From: Actinomycetota bacterium
GTDB taxonomy: Bacteria; Actinomycetota; UBA4738; HRBIN12
Assembly: GCA_036280655.1 (NCBI GenBank)
Contig: DASUQI010000010.1
Coordinates: 13,104 to 77,103, forward strand
DNA length: 64,000 nt
Direction of reading: 5' to 3'
Shown one piece after another: positions 17,570 through 27,132 of this stretch. A model generated the notes under the pieces. That model was given only the letters and a program-made list of their open reading frames with translations, was not told the DNA's origin and made no database searches. Position 1 is the first letter of the stretch; the number at the start of each line of letters is the position of its first letter. The position numbers and the translations under genes are program-made.

Positions 17570-18373
17570 CTAGAGCTGCGAGGGCGGCACGGCGGTCGGC
17601 ACCACGGTCTCGGCCCCGATGACGCGGAAGAAGCCGTCCTCGAACACGATCGTCTGCAACAGGAACGACGGCGGGCAGCACGCGGGCTCGCCGCCCGGGT
17701 ACTGCGCCGAGTACTCGAGGATCGCGCCGCCCGAGATCACGACCGAGCCCCGGTCCGACGGGTCCGGGTGGGCGAGCACCTCCGGCACTGCGTCCTGACC
17801 GTAGCCGACGATGTCGTAGTCGAGCCGCAGCAGGTCCCCGACGCCGCGGAAGCCCACGAGCAGCTCGTCGACCCCGTCGCCGGTGAGGTCGGCCGCGAGC
17901 ACGTTCACGTCCGACCAGCGCTCGCCGGTCGGGTCGGACGCCTGCAGCCACTCGACCCACCCGCCCGCATCGGGCACGAACGTGAAGATCCGCACGCCGA
18001 ACGCGGGCGTGCCGGTCGCCGTCGCGCTCTGCTGCACCACCCAGACCACCCGCTGCCCGCCGACCAGCACCTCGCCGCACTCGCCGAGCACCCCCGGTTC
18101 GATCAGCGACTGACACGCGACCGTTGAGGGGACCGCGACGACCGGCCGGTCGCCCTCGCGGAGCACCCGCCCCTGGGTCCCGATCGCCGGCGCCTGTTCC
18201 GGCGGCGGGGTCTCGACCACGGTACCCGTCGGGCTCGGCGAGGCGGTCGGCGAAGGCGCCGGCGCCGCGAGCGGCTCGTCCTCGGCGCTCCCCACCAGGA
18301 ACCCCACGGCGAAGCCGAGCACGGCGAGCCCGATCGCGCCCACGATCACGTAGGGACGGAGCCGCGGGTCCAC
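17570..18373 (-). CDS. Hypothetical membrane-anchored extracytoplasmic protein
   Basis: N-terminal TM (YVIVGAIGLAVLGFAVGFLVG) followed by a Pro/Ser/Thr linker and a globular domain. It sits 17 bp upstream of the dehydrogenase. Confidence 0.5.
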   Translation of the reverse strand: MDPRLRPYVIVGAIGLAVLGFAVGFLVGSAEDEPLAAPAPSPTASPSPTGTVVETPPPEQAPAIGTQGRVLREGDRPVVAVPSTVACQSLIEPGVLGECGEVLVGGQRVVWVVQQSATATGTPAFGVRIFTFVPDAGGWVEWLQASDPTGERWSDVNVLAADLTGDGVDELLVGFRGVGDLLRLDYDIVGYGQDAVPEVLAHPDPSDRGSVVISGGAILEYSAQYPGGEPACCPPSFLLQTIVFEDGFFRVIGAETVVPTAVPPSQL

Positions 18374-18472
18374 AGCCGGACGCTACGAGACGGGCCGTGC
18401 CCGAACAAGCGCATCGACGACACCACGAACCACGCCGGGCGCGGCCGAGGCCACTGCTACGATGCGCTTCGG

Positions 18473-19060
18473 GTGCCCTCCTCCGCCGACCTTCGAGCCG
18501 CAGCGTTCCTGAAGGTCGTGACGTGGGCCCGGGTGGCCCTCGTCCCGGTGATCCTCGCGCTGATCCTCGCCGGCCCCGAGAAGCAGGACGCGTTCACGTT
18601 CGCCGCGGTCCTGTTCGCGATCGCCGCGCTCACCGACTTCTTCGACGGGCTGCTCGCGCGGCGGTGGGCGCAGGTGAGCGTGTTCGGCAACTTCCTCGAC
18701 ACGACGGCCGACAAGCTCCTCGTCTCGGGCGCGCTGATCGGCCTGCTCGTCGTCGACCGCGTGTCGCCGTGGATCGCGCTCATCATCATCGGCCGCGAGG
18801 TCCTCATCATCGGGCTGAAGGGCGCCGTCGCCTCCACGGGCGACCTCGTGCAGCCGTCGATCTGGGGCAAGCTGAAGGCGAACGTGCAGTTCCTCGCGGT
18901 GCTGCTCGCGATCTGGAGGCCGGGCCAGCCGGTCGGCGAGTACTACCTCGACCAGTACGTCATGGTCGCAGCCGCCGTGATCACCGTGCTCTCGGGCGCC
19001 GAGTACGTCGTGCGGTTCCGCGGCGCGATCACCAGGGGCGAGCGCACGCCCGCCGAGTGA
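18473..19060 (+). CDS. pgsA: CDP-alcohol phosphatidyltransferase (phosphatidylglycerophosphate synthase-like)
   Basis: DFFDGLLARR ... DKLLV signature of the CDP-OH phosphotransferase family; multi-TM. Confidence 0.75.
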   Translation: MPSSADLRAAAFLKVVTWARVALVPVILALILAGPEKQDAFTFAAVLFAIAALTDFFDGLLARRWAQVSVFGNFLDTTADKLLVSGALIGLLVVDRVSPWIALIIIGREVLIIGLKGAVASTGDLVQPSIWGKLKANVQFLAVLLAIWRPGQPVGEYYLDQYVMVAAAVITVLSGAEYVVRFRGAITRGERTPAE

Positions 19061-20067
19061 GCGGACCCGTCCTCGTCACCGGCGGCAGCGGCGTCGTCGG
19101 CCGCGCGCTGATCGGCCGGCTCGTCGCCGACGGGCGCGAGGTTCGCGGGCTCGCGCGTTCGGAGGAGTCCGCCCGAACCGTCGGGTTGCTGGGCGCCGAG
19201 GTCGTCCGCGGCGACGTCCTCGAGCCCGCCTCCCTCCGCGTCGCGGCCGAGGGATGCACGACGATCTTCCACGTCGCCGGGGTCAACGCGATGTGCCTCC
19301 ACGACCCCCGGCCCATGATGCGCGCGAACGTCGAGGGCTCGGCGAACGCCGTGCACGCCGCCGCCGAGGCCGGCGTCGAACGCGTCGTCTACACCTCCTC
19401 TTCCTCCGCGATCGGCGAGTCGCCGGGCACCGTCGGCCACGAGGACTCACCGCACCGCGGGTGGTACCTCTCCGAGTACGAGCGCTCGAAGCACCTCGCC
19501 GAACGCCGCGTCTTCGAGCTCGCCGCGGAGCTCGGCGTCCGGGTCGTCGCCGTGAACCCCGCCTCGGTGCAGGGACCCGGCCGGGCCACGGGTTCGGCGC
19601 GGCTGCTGCTCGACGTCGTGAACGGGAAGCTCCCGCTGCTCGTCGAGACCACGATCTCGCTCGTCGACATCGGCGACTGCTCCGAGGGCCACCTGCTCGC
19701 CGAGTCGCGCGGCACCCCGGGCGAGCGCTACCTGCTCTCGGGCTCGACGATCACGACCCGGGAAGCCGTCGAGCTCCTCGAGCAGCTCTGGGGCCTGCGC
19801 CGGGATGTCCGGTTCGGCCCGCCCTGGCTCGCGAAGGCCGGCGGCGCGGTGATCGGCACCGGGGCCAGGCTCCTCCGCCGCGACGCGCCGGTCTGCCCCG
19901 AGGCCGTCCGAACCCTCCTGCACGGCCACCGCTACGACGGCTCGAAAGCCACGCGCGAGCTCGGCCTCCGCTACACGCCGCTCGAGGTCACGCTGCTGCG
20001 GACGCTCGAGTGGTGCGCGGCCCAGGGCCTCGTCCGCCCTGGGCGAGGCCGGCGGGCGCGAACATAG
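19057..20067 (+). CDS. NAD-dependent epimerase/dehydratase (SDR family)
   Basis: VLVTGGSGVVGRAL Rossmann motif and a YERSK catalytic Y..K. The GTG start overlaps the pgsA TGA (GTGA at 19057-19060). Confidence 0.8.
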   Translation: MSGPVLVTGGSGVVGRALIGRLVADGREVRGLARSEESARTVGLLGAEVVRGDVLEPASLRVAAEGCTTIFHVAGVNAMCLHDPRPMMRANVEGSANAVHAAAEAGVERVVYTSSSSAIGESPGTVGHEDSPHRGWYLSEYERSKHLAERRVFELAAELGVRVVAVNPASVQGPGRATGSARLLLDVVNGKLPLLVETTISLVDIGDCSEGHLLAESRGTPGERYLLSGSTITTREAVELLEQLWGLRRDVRFGPPWLAKAGGAVIGTGARLLRRDAPVCPEAVRTLLHGHRYDGSKATRELGLRYTPLEVTLLRTLEWCAAQGLVRPGRGRRART

Positions 20068-20076
20068 GATGGTCCC

Positions 20077-21090
20077 GTGACCGCCCCGGAGGCCGCGACC
20101 GAGGAACGCCCCGACCGCAACCTCGCGCTCGAGCTCGTGCGCGTGACCGAGGCGGCCGCGCTCGCCGCCGGCCGATGGGTCGGGCGCGGCGACAAGATCG
20201 CCGCCGACCAGGCCGCCGTCGACGCGATGCGGCTGATGATCGACACGGTCTCGATGGACGGCGTCGTCGTGATCGGCGAGGGCGAGAAGGACGAGGCGCC
20301 GATGCTCTACAACGGCGAGGCCGTCGGCACCGGCGACGGCCCGGGCTGCGACGTCGCGGTCGACCCGATCGACGGCACCCGCCTCACCTCGGTCGGCCAG
20401 CCGAACGCCCTGTCCGTGATCGCGCTCGCCGAACGCGGCTCGATGTTCTTCCCCGGCGCCGCCGTCTACATGGAGAAGGTCGCAACCGGCCCCGAGGCGG
20501 CCGACGCGATCGACATCACCGCGCCGCCGGAGGAGAACGTCCGGCTCGTCGCGAAGGCGAAGGGCATCCGGCCCGAGGAGATCGGCGTCGTGATCCTCGA
20601 CCGCGACCGCCACGCCGAGATGATCAAGCGCGTCCGAGAGGTCGGCGCGCGGGTGCACCTCATCACCGACGGCGACGTCGCCGGGGCGATCTCGGCCGCG
20701 ACGACCCGTCGCTCGGGGCTCGACCTGCTCCTGGGGATCGGCGGCACGCCGGAGGGAGTCGTGGCGGCGGCCGCGCTGAAGTGCCTCGGCGGTGCGATCC
20801 AGGGCCGGCTGTTCCCGCGCAACGACGACGAGCGGCAGCAGCTGCTCGACGGCGGGTTCGACATCGGGCGGGTGCTGACGACCGACGACCTCGTCGCGGG
20901 CGACCACGTCTTCTTCGCGGCGACCGGGGTCACCGACGGCGCGCTCCTCCAGGGCGTGAAGTATTGGCCGGACGGCGCGACGACGTACTCGATGGTGATG
21001 CGGTCGCGTTCGGGGACCGTTCGGATCATCGAGGCCGAGCATCGGTTCGAGAAGCTCGAGCGCTTCTCGCGGATCTCGTACCGGCGCTAG
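20077..21090 (+). CDS. glpX: Fructose-1,6-bisphosphatase class II
   Basis: GlpX family blocks ([28 protein letters not shown]); it sits 9 bp after the epimerase gene. Confidence 0.85.
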   Translation: MTAPEAATEERPDRNLALELVRVTEAAALAAGRWVGRGDKIAADQAAVDAMRLMIDTVSMDGVVVIGEGEKDEAPMLYNGEAVGTGDGPGCDVAVDPIDGTRLTSVGQPNALSVIALAERGSMFFPGAAVYMEKVATGPEAADAIDITAPPEENVRLVAKAKGIRPEEIGVVILDRDRHAEMIKRVREVGARVHLITDGDVAGAISAATTRRSGLDLLLGIGGTPEGVVAAAALKCLGGAIQGRLFPRNDDERQQLLDGGFDIGRVLTTDDLVAGDHVFFAATGVTDGALLQGVKYWPDGATTYSMVMRSRSGTVRIIEAEHRFEKLERFSRISYRR

Positions 21091-21680
21091 CCGGAGCGCT
21101 TCCGGACCACGCGCCAGGCGATCGGCACGAGCCCCGCGGCCGCGAACAGCTTCAGCGTGTCGCCGACGACGAACGGCGCGAGGCCGATTTCGAGCGCCTC
21201 GCCGAGCGACACGTCGAGCGCCTGCATGAGCCACGGGATCGCGACCGCGTACAGGACGACCTCGCCGATGAACATCGCCCCGATCGCGGTCCGGATCGAC
21301 CGGTCCCATCCGCGTTGTGCGAGGGCGCCGACGACCGCCGCCGAGAGGACGAACCCCCACAGGTAGCCGCCGGTGACTGCCGACAGGCGGAGGAACTCCA
21401 CGCCCGAGTCACCGCCCGAGTAGAACGGCAGACCGAGCGCGCCCTGCGCCAGATACAGCAGCATCGAGACCCCGCCGAGCCCGGCTCCGAGCGAGGCGCC
21501 GACCAACAGGACGCCGAGCGTCTGACCGGTGATCGGCACCGGTGTGAACGGCAGCTTGATCTCGAACTGCGCGAGCGCCGCCACCAGCCAGCTCCCGGCG
21601 AACGCGAGCAGCACGCGCCATGCGACGTTCGACCGGACGCCGGAGGGGGATGCCGCGATCGCGAGCGTCGTCGAACTCAT
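21087..21680 (-). CDS. bioY: Biotin transporter BioY
   Basis: About 197 aa, 5-6 TM, and BioY-like blocks ([18 protein letters not shown]). Its start overlaps the stop of the upstream small HTH gene. Confidence 0.75.
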   Translation of the reverse strand: MSSTTLAIAASPSGVRSNVAWRVLLAFAGSWLVAALAQFEIKLPFTPVPITGQTLGVLLVGASLGAGLGGVSMLLYLAQGALGLPFYSGGDSGVEFLRLSAVTGGYLWGFVLSAAVVGALAQRGWDRSIRTAIGAMFIGEVVLYAVAIPWLMQALDVSLGEALEIGLAPFVVGDTLKLFAAAGLVPIAWRVVRKRSG

Positions 21681-21895
21681 GCCATCGCCGACCGATACAC
21701 GCCGGTGCCCTCCTTCTCGAGGATGCCCGATCGTACGCCTTCGGCGAGCGCGGACAGCAGAGCCTTGCGAACATCCGGGGTCTCGAAGGGATCCAGATAC
21801 CCGCGCCGGAGCGCGAGGTCCTGGATCTTCGTCCAGTGCAGCGGCTCCCCCTCCTCCTCGAGGACCTTCACCGCCGCCTCGAGCGGCTCCATCAC
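21677..21895 (-). CDS. Small winged-helix protein (HARE-HTH-like)
   Basis: 72 aa. LHWTKIQDLALRRGYL...GVYRS resembles the HARE-HTH/RpoE-delta N-terminal fold. It overlaps the LLM stop upstream and the bioY start downstream. Confidence 0.5.
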   Translation of the reverse strand: MMEPLEAAVKVLEEEGEPLHWTKIQDLALRRGYLDPFETPDVRKALLSALAEGVRSGILEKEGTGVYRSAMA

Positions 21896-22899
21896 AGTTC
21901 ACGCGCGGCCGGAAGCACCGTCCCGGCGAGCACGTCGAGCATCGACGGATCCGGCAGCGCGAACCACACCGGCGCCGCGCACACGATCAGCTCGCTCACG
22001 CCGAGCGCCGCGAACGCGCCGATCCGTTCGAGCACCTGATCCGGCATCCCGACCAAGCCGTCCTCCAGCAACGCCTCGAGCGGCGTCGACTCGACCACAC
22101 CCGACGGCAGCCGCTCCTCGATCAGCTCGTACCGGCGCTTCACGTCGGCCTCGTCCTCGCCGACGACCGTGAACAGCCCGAGCGAGAGCCGGAACCCCTC
22201 CGGGTCGCGCCCCTCGCGTTCGCACGCCTCGCGCGCCGCGGCCGCCCGCGCCGCGTAGTCCTCGGGCGTCCACCGCCACACCGTGTTCCAGCCGTCGGCG
22301 TGCCGCGCCGCGATCCGGAGCAGCCGCGGCCCGCCCTTGCCCCCGACGAGCAGCGGCGGCCCCGGCTCCTGCACCGGGCGCGGGTGGTTGTACGCCTCCT
22401 TGAGCTCGAACCGCCCTCCCTCGAACGTCACGGGCTCGGGCCCGTTCAGCGCGCGGAGGTACGCGAGGGTGTCCTCGAGCAGCGCGAACCGCTCCCCCAC
22501 GTTCCCGAACTGGTAGCCGAACGCCTCGTACTCCTCCTCGAACCAGCCCGCGCCGATGCCGAGCTCGAGCCGGCCGTCCGAGAGGCGGTCGATCGCCGTC
22601 GCCGACTTCGCGAGGATCGCCGGATGACGGAAGCCGGCCGAAAGCACGAGCGTGCCGAGCCGGACGCGCTCGGTGAGCGGGGCGAGCGACGCGAGCGTGG
22701 CGAGCGGCTCGAGCGCCCCGTACCGCGTCGGCCCGCCGCCGTACCGCTCGAGCGTCGAGAAGAAGTGGTCGGACACCCACAGGCTCTCGAACCCCAGCTG
22801 CTCCGCCCGCACCGCGACCTCGGCCACGGCGTCGAACCGGATCGGGTCCACGCCCGGGAGCGAGAAGTCGTACTGCGGGAGCGCGAGACCGATCCGCAC
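21892..22899 (-). CDS. LLM-class (luciferase-like) F420-dependent oxidoreductase
   Basis: TIM-barrel LLM blocks (ESLWVSDHF, GIGAGW). 335 aa. Confidence 0.8.
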   Translation of the reverse strand: MRIGLALPQYDFSLPGVDPIRFDAVAEVAVRAEQLGFESLWVSDHFFSTLERYGGGPTRYGALEPLATLASLAPLTERVRLGTLVLSAGFRHPAILAKSATAIDRLSDGRLELGIGAGWFEEEYEAFGYQFGNVGERFALLEDTLAYLRALNGPEPVTFEGGRFELKEAYNHPRPVQEPGPPLLVGGKGGPRLLRIAARHADGWNTVWRWTPEDYAARAAAAREACEREGRDPEGFRLSLGLFTVVGEDEADVKRRYELIEERLPSGVVESTPLEALLEDGLVGMPDQVLERIGAFAALGVSELIVCAAPVWFALPDPSMLDVLAGTVLPAAREL

Positions 22900-22901
22900 G
22901 C

Positions 22902-24251
22902 CTACAGGAACCGCAGGACGTCGGCCGGCCCGGCCACCTCGGTGCCGGCCGGGAACTGGATCCCCGACGGAAGTTTCAGCCGCGGGTACACCGCGACCTC
23001 GTCGGCGAGGTGGACGCCCGGGTACACGACGACCTCGTCACCGAGCGCGACGAACCGCTCGATCGTCGTCGGGTTGAACGGCTCCGATCGGATCTCCGTC
23101 ATCGAGCCGATCACGGCGTCGGACAGGTGCGCCGAGGGCCCGACGATCGCGCCGTCCCGGATCTGCGAGCGCTCGATCCACGCGTCGCGCTGCACTTCGA
23201 TGTCGTCGTCGAGGTTCGAGTCGCTGATCCGGACGCCCGGGTGGATCTCGCAGAACCGGCCGATCCGTACCGCCGGGCCGATCCGGACCGAGCCGTCGGA
23301 GATCTTCTCGGCGAGCGTGGTGCCGCTCGTCGAGTCGCGCATCGCGAGCGACTCGGGCGCGATCCAGACGTTGCGTTCGGCGTCGAACGGCGGCCCGAGC
23401 AGCCGGTCCATCGCCTCGAACGACCCGCGCAGCACCTGCACCATCGTCTGCAGGTAGTCCTGGGCGTTCCCGAGGTCGCCGATCGCGCGCACCGGATACA
23501 CGTGCACCGGGTAGCCGTTGCCGACGAGCCACGGCAGGAAGTCCTTGCCGAAGTCGAGCCGTTCGGTGCGCAGGCGTTCGACGTCCGGGCTCGTCGCGAT
23601 CTCGCGGATCTTCGGCGTGTCGAGCAGGTAGAAGCCCGCGTTCGTCATGAGCGGGAGCCGCCGGAACTCCTCCTCGGTCTCGGCCTGGAAGTAGTCGCGG
23701 AGCTCCTCGAGCGTCGGCTTCTCGACGAAAACCTGGATCCGGTCCTCGTCGTTGGCGACGAGGACGCCGTACTTCTCGGCCACCTCGTCGGGCTCGCGCA
23801 CCATCGCCGCGATCGTCGCGACGGCGCCGGTCCGCTGGTGCGCCTCGAGCATCGGTGCGAGGTCGAAGTCGATCACGGAGTCGGTCGGGAACACGAGCGC
23901 CGTCTGCGAGATGTCCCAGTGCTCGATCATCCGGAGCGCCGAGTCCGCGCTGCCGGTCGAGAGCGAGTCGTACTTCACCGGCGAGTACCTCACGTCGACG
24001 CCGAAGCCCTCGCCGTACCCGATCATCACCTTGATCTGGTAGCGGTTCTCCTTGCCGTGGGCGATCACGTAGTAGTCCTTGATCCCCTCGCTCGACAGGA
24101 TCTGGATCACCCAGCGGATCAGGCGGCGGCCGAGGAACGACATCGCGGCCTTCGAGCGCAGGTAGCCGGGCGCCTTGAGCGTGAGCGGGCGGGCCCGGAC
24201 CCCCTGACCGCCCGCGAGACCGATCCCGACGACCTCGGACACCTCGGCCAT
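22902..24251 (-). CDS. Sugar-phosphate nucleotidyltransferase with C-terminal left-handed beta-helix
   Basis: GLAGGQGVRARPLT (a GGxGxRLxPLT-like NTP-transferase signature) plus a hexapeptide-repeat C-terminus. Start trimmed to ATG 24249-24251 (MAEVSEVVG...). Confidence 0.7.
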   Translation of the reverse strand: MAEVSEVVGIGLAGGQGVRARPLTLKAPGYLRSKAAMSFLGRRLIRWVIQILSSEGIKDYYVIAHGKENRYQIKVMIGYGEGFGVDVRYSPVKYDSLSTGSADSALRMIEHWDISQTALVFPTDSVIDFDLAPMLEAHQRTGAVATIAAMVREPDEVAEKYGVLVANDEDRIQVFVEKPTLEELRDYFQAETEEEFRRLPLMTNAGFYLLDTPKIREIATSPDVERLRTERLDFGKDFLPWLVGNGYPVHVYPVRAIGDLGNAQDYLQTMVQVLRGSFEAMDRLLGPPFDAERNVWIAPESLAMRDSTSGTTLAEKISDGSVRIGPAVRIGRFCEIHPGVRISDSNLDDDIEVQRDAWIERSQIRDGAIVGPSAHLSDAVIGSMTEIRSEPFNPTTIERFVALGDEVVVYPGVHLADEVAVYPRLKLPSGIQFPAGTEVAGPADVLRFL

Positions 24252-24310
24252 GACCTCGCCATGATATGGGGCTTCGCTCCAGGTCATCGTTCGACACGAG
24301 GAGGCAGGCC

Positions 24311-25345
24311 ATGCAGGTGCAACCGTGGGGACGGGCGTTCGAGGGGCGCATCGACGAGCTCGAGATCGAGAGCGAGGTCCTGAAGGGCAACGTGCTCGGC
24401 GATCCGCACGTCCGGCCGCTCTGGGTCTACACGCCGCCGGGCTATGACGACGAGCCGGGCCGCCGGTACCCGAGTGTGTACATCATCCAGGGGTTGACCG
24501 GGCAGCTCGACATGTGGCGCAACCGCGAGCCGTTCCGCCACAACTTCCCCGAGAACACCGACGCGCTGTTCGCGTCCGGCGAAGCGCCGCCGGCGATCGT
24601 CGTGTTCGTCGACTGCTGGACCTCGCTCGGCGGGAGCCAGTTCCTGAACTCGCCGGGCACCGGCCGCTACCAGGACTTCCTGTGCGACGAGACGGTCGCG
24701 TTCGTCGACGAACGGTACCGCACGATCGCCGACCGGGACCACCGAGGCATCCAGGGCAAGTCGAGCGGCGGCTACGGCGCTTTCGTGGTTCCGATGATGC
24801 GGCCCGACGTGTTCGGGGCGCTCGCATCGCACGCCGGCGACGCGCTGTTCGAGGCGTGTTACCTGCCCGGCTTCCCGGCAACGGTCCGCGCGCTGCGCGA
24901 GCACTACGGCGGCTCGTACGAGCGGTTCTGGGAGGACTTCCGCTCGCGTCCGGCGATGACGAAGAAGGACGACGACAACCTGCTGAACGACTGGTGCATG
25001 GCCGCGTGCTACTCGGCCGACGAGGACGGGACCGTGCGGCTGCCGTTCGACACGGAGACCGGGGTGCTGATCGACGAGGTCTGGGAGCGCTGGCTCGCGG
25101 TCGACCCGGTGCGGATGGTGCCGGAGCACGCGGACGATCTGCGTTCGATGCGCGGGATCTGGATCGACGCCGGCACGCGGGACGAGTGGTACCTCGACAA
25201 CGGCGCGGTCGCGGTCTCGAAGCAGCTCGAGGCGATCGACGTGGAGCACACCCTCGAGCTGTTCGACGCCGGGCACATGGCGATCGGGTACCGGTACCCG
25301 CGCTCGCTCGCGTTCCTCGCCGGGGTGCTTTCGGCTGCGGCGTGA
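24311..25345 (+). CDS. Esterase (putative esterase / enterochelin-esterase-like alpha/beta hydrolase)
   Basis: GKSSGGYGA nucleophile elbow (GxSxG). Start trimmed to ATG 24311, preceded by gaggaggcagg. Confidence 0.7.
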   Translation: MQVQPWGRAFEGRIDELEIESEVLKGNVLGDPHVRPLWVYTPPGYDDEPGRRYPSVYIIQGLTGQLDMWRNREPFRHNFPENTDALFASGEAPPAIVVFVDCWTSLGGSQFLNSPGTGRYQDFLCDETVAFVDERYRTIADRDHRGIQGKSSGGYGAFVVPMMRPDVFGALASHAGDALFEACYLPGFPATVRALREHYGGSYERFWEDFRSRPAMTKKDDDNLLNDWCMAACYSADEDGTVRLPFDTETGVLIDEVWERWLAVDPVRMVPEHADDLRSMRGIWIDAGTRDEWYLDNGAVAVSKQLEAIDVEHTLELFDAGHMAIGYRYPRSLAFLAGVLSAAA

Positions 25346-25378
25346 CGAAGGCGAAAGGCGATCGCGTCCGGCGAACCC

Positions 25379-25966
25379 CTACGCGCTCGTCCGGCCGCGT
25401 CGCCTGACCAGGAGCGCCATCCGGGACGCGATCGCCACCAGCATCGCGAGTCCGATGGGTTGCCAGAGGCTTGTCGCGGATACCAGCGTCTGTGTCGGAT
25501 CCGGTTCTCCCGGTCGAGAAGTGGCCTGAGCGGGCGAGGCCCCGCTGTGTGTGACAACCAACCTTTCCGTTGACGAGATCACCGAATCCGATCCAGCACC
25601 CCTTGCCGCCCTTGCCGGGTGGACAGACCCACACGTGGTACCGGCCGCTTGACATCCGTGGCACGTTGAAGACGACGCTGACCGCGTAGGTTTCCCCAAC
25701 CTCGGTCTTGTCCGGCAGCTGCTGGCCGATCCGCGCTCGCCAACAGATGGTGCGCCGGGCAGCAGGTAGCAGTACCAGAGTGGCCCGCTCCGAACGAGGT
25801 AGACGGCGTACGGTCCGTCCTCGGGTTGCCCGCTGCCTGGCCACGTCTCCACGACCGCGTGGGCCACGGCCCGATCGCCGGGTTCGTAGGAGTCTTGTTC
25901 GATTCGCAACGAGGAGCCCTTCGCCCACGCATGTGGAGACATCAGGCTCACGAGGAGGACAACCAT
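25379..25966 (-). CDS. Hypothetical secreted protein with C-terminal hydrophobic anchor and basic tail
   Basis: Signal peptide MVVLLVSLMSPHAWA, an S/T-rich middle, and a C-terminal IGLAMLVAIASRMALLVRRRGR (TM plus RRR). It lies in a locally lower-GC segment. The reading frame is uncertain; a second partly overlapping ORF (25579..25932) in another frame suggests possible decay. Confidence 0.35.
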   Translation of the reverse strand: MVVLLVSLMSPHAWAKGSSLRIEQDSYEPGDRAVAHAVVETWPGSGQPEDGPYAVYLVRSGPLWYCYLLPGAPSVGERGSASSCRTRPRLGKPTRSASSSTCHGCQAAGTTCGSVHPARAARGAGSDSVISSTERLVVTHSGASPAQATSRPGEPDPTQTLVSATSLWQPIGLAMLVAIASRMALLVRRRGRTSA

Positions 25967-26118
25967 CGCAACGCCTCGAGTGCCCTCTGGGCATCGAAAA
26001 GGTGACCCTCCCAGCTACCCTCCGGTTCCAGCCCCGCGAGCGACGGTGTACGCCAAAGAACGTTCGTCCGCGGTCTGGGAGACTGGCTGACCGCCCGCAT
26101 ACGGAGGACGTGACGCCC

Positions 26119-27123
26119 ATGAGCCAGACCACCGACCCGATCCCCCCGCCCCCGCCGTCCGCACCGGTCGAGCCGACCGAGCCGCCGAAGCGCCGAGGCG
26201 GGGTCGTCGCCGTCGCGATCGGCGTGGCCCTCGCGCTCGTCGCCGGGGTTGCGATCTTCGCGCTCACCCGCAGCGACACCGCCGAGGCCCAGCCGCTCGC
26301 GCTCGCGTTCGAGCAGGGACAGAGCCAGACCTACGAGATCGACCAGACGATCGACGCCGAGATCGCCTCGGACGTGTTCGGCAGCGAGTCGATCTCGATG
26401 GACGTCTCGCAGGTGGTGGGCTGGGAGGTCACCTCGGTCGATGGGGAGGGCAACGCGACGATCGAGGTCACGGTCTCCGAGGTCTCGGGTTCGGTGAACG
26501 GCCAGCCGATCCCCACTGACGCCGCGTCCACGCCGCCGGTCGAGATCGTGATCGCGCCGGACGGCCGCGTCATCTCGGCCGGTGGGCTCGCGCTCGGCGG
26601 CGCCGGGCAGACCCAGGGCTTCGGCTTTCCCGGGATGGGCCAGCTCACGCCGATCCTGCCGGACGCCGGCGAGAAGGTCTCGGTCGGCGACACGTGGGAG
26701 AAGGAGTTCTCGCAGGACTTCCCGTTCGGCGAGGGCACGATCGACTTCTCGGCCACGAGCACGTACGAGCGCGACGAAGAGGTGAACGGCCGGACGGCCG
26801 CGGTGATCGTCACCGACCTGATCGTCCCGCTCGACTTCACGCTCAGCTTCTCCGACCTGCTCGAGACGCTCGGTCCCGAGCTCGCCGGGGCGACCGGCGC
26901 GGGCCAGCTCGAGGCGCTCGAGGACGCCTCGATCGCCTACGGTGGCCAGGGCGCGTTCACGCAGACGAGCTTCGTGGACCTCGACGCCAAGGAGCTGCTC
27001 CGCACCCAGAGCGAGGGGACGTTCGACATCGCGATGGAGTTCTCGGGCATCCCCGGCGTCGAGAGCGCGGGGACGATCGACTTCACCGGAGACTTCACCC
27101 AAGATCTCGAGCTGCAGTCCTGA
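26119..27123 (+). CDS. Hypothetical membrane-anchored extracellular protein
   Basis: Start ATG 26119 after acggagga. Pro-rich N-terminus, one TM (GVVAVAIGVALALVAGVAIFAL), then an acidic T/S/G-rich domain. Confidence 0.55.
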   Translation: MSQTTDPIPPPPPSAPVEPTEPPKRRGGVVAVAIGVALALVAGVAIFALTRSDTAEAQPLALAFEQGQSQTYEIDQTIDAEIASDVFGSESISMDVSQVVGWEVTSVDGEGNATIEVTVSEVSGSVNGQPIPTDAASTPPVEIVIAPDGRVISAGGLALGGAGQTQGFGFPGMGQLTPILPDAGEKVSVGDTWEKEFSQDFPFGEGTIDFSATSTYERDEEVNGRTAAVIVTDLIVPLDFTLSFSDLLETLGPELAGATGAGQLEALEDASIAYGGQGAFTQTSFVDLDAKELLRTQSEGTFDIAMEFSGIPGVESAGTIDFTGDFTQDLELQS

Positions 27124-27132
27124 CGCGACCGG

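Noticed and set aside
21152-21412. Small ORFs (86 aa, 69 aa) inside or antisense to bioY
   Set aside because: Arg/Ser-rich and overlapping a well-supported membrane-protein frame.
19254-22172. 972-aa (+) and 637-aa (19447..21360 -) ORFs spanning epimerase/glpX/bioY
   Set aside because: R/P/G repeat-like junk translations; the real genes are identified in other frames with Rossmann, GlpX and BioY signatures.
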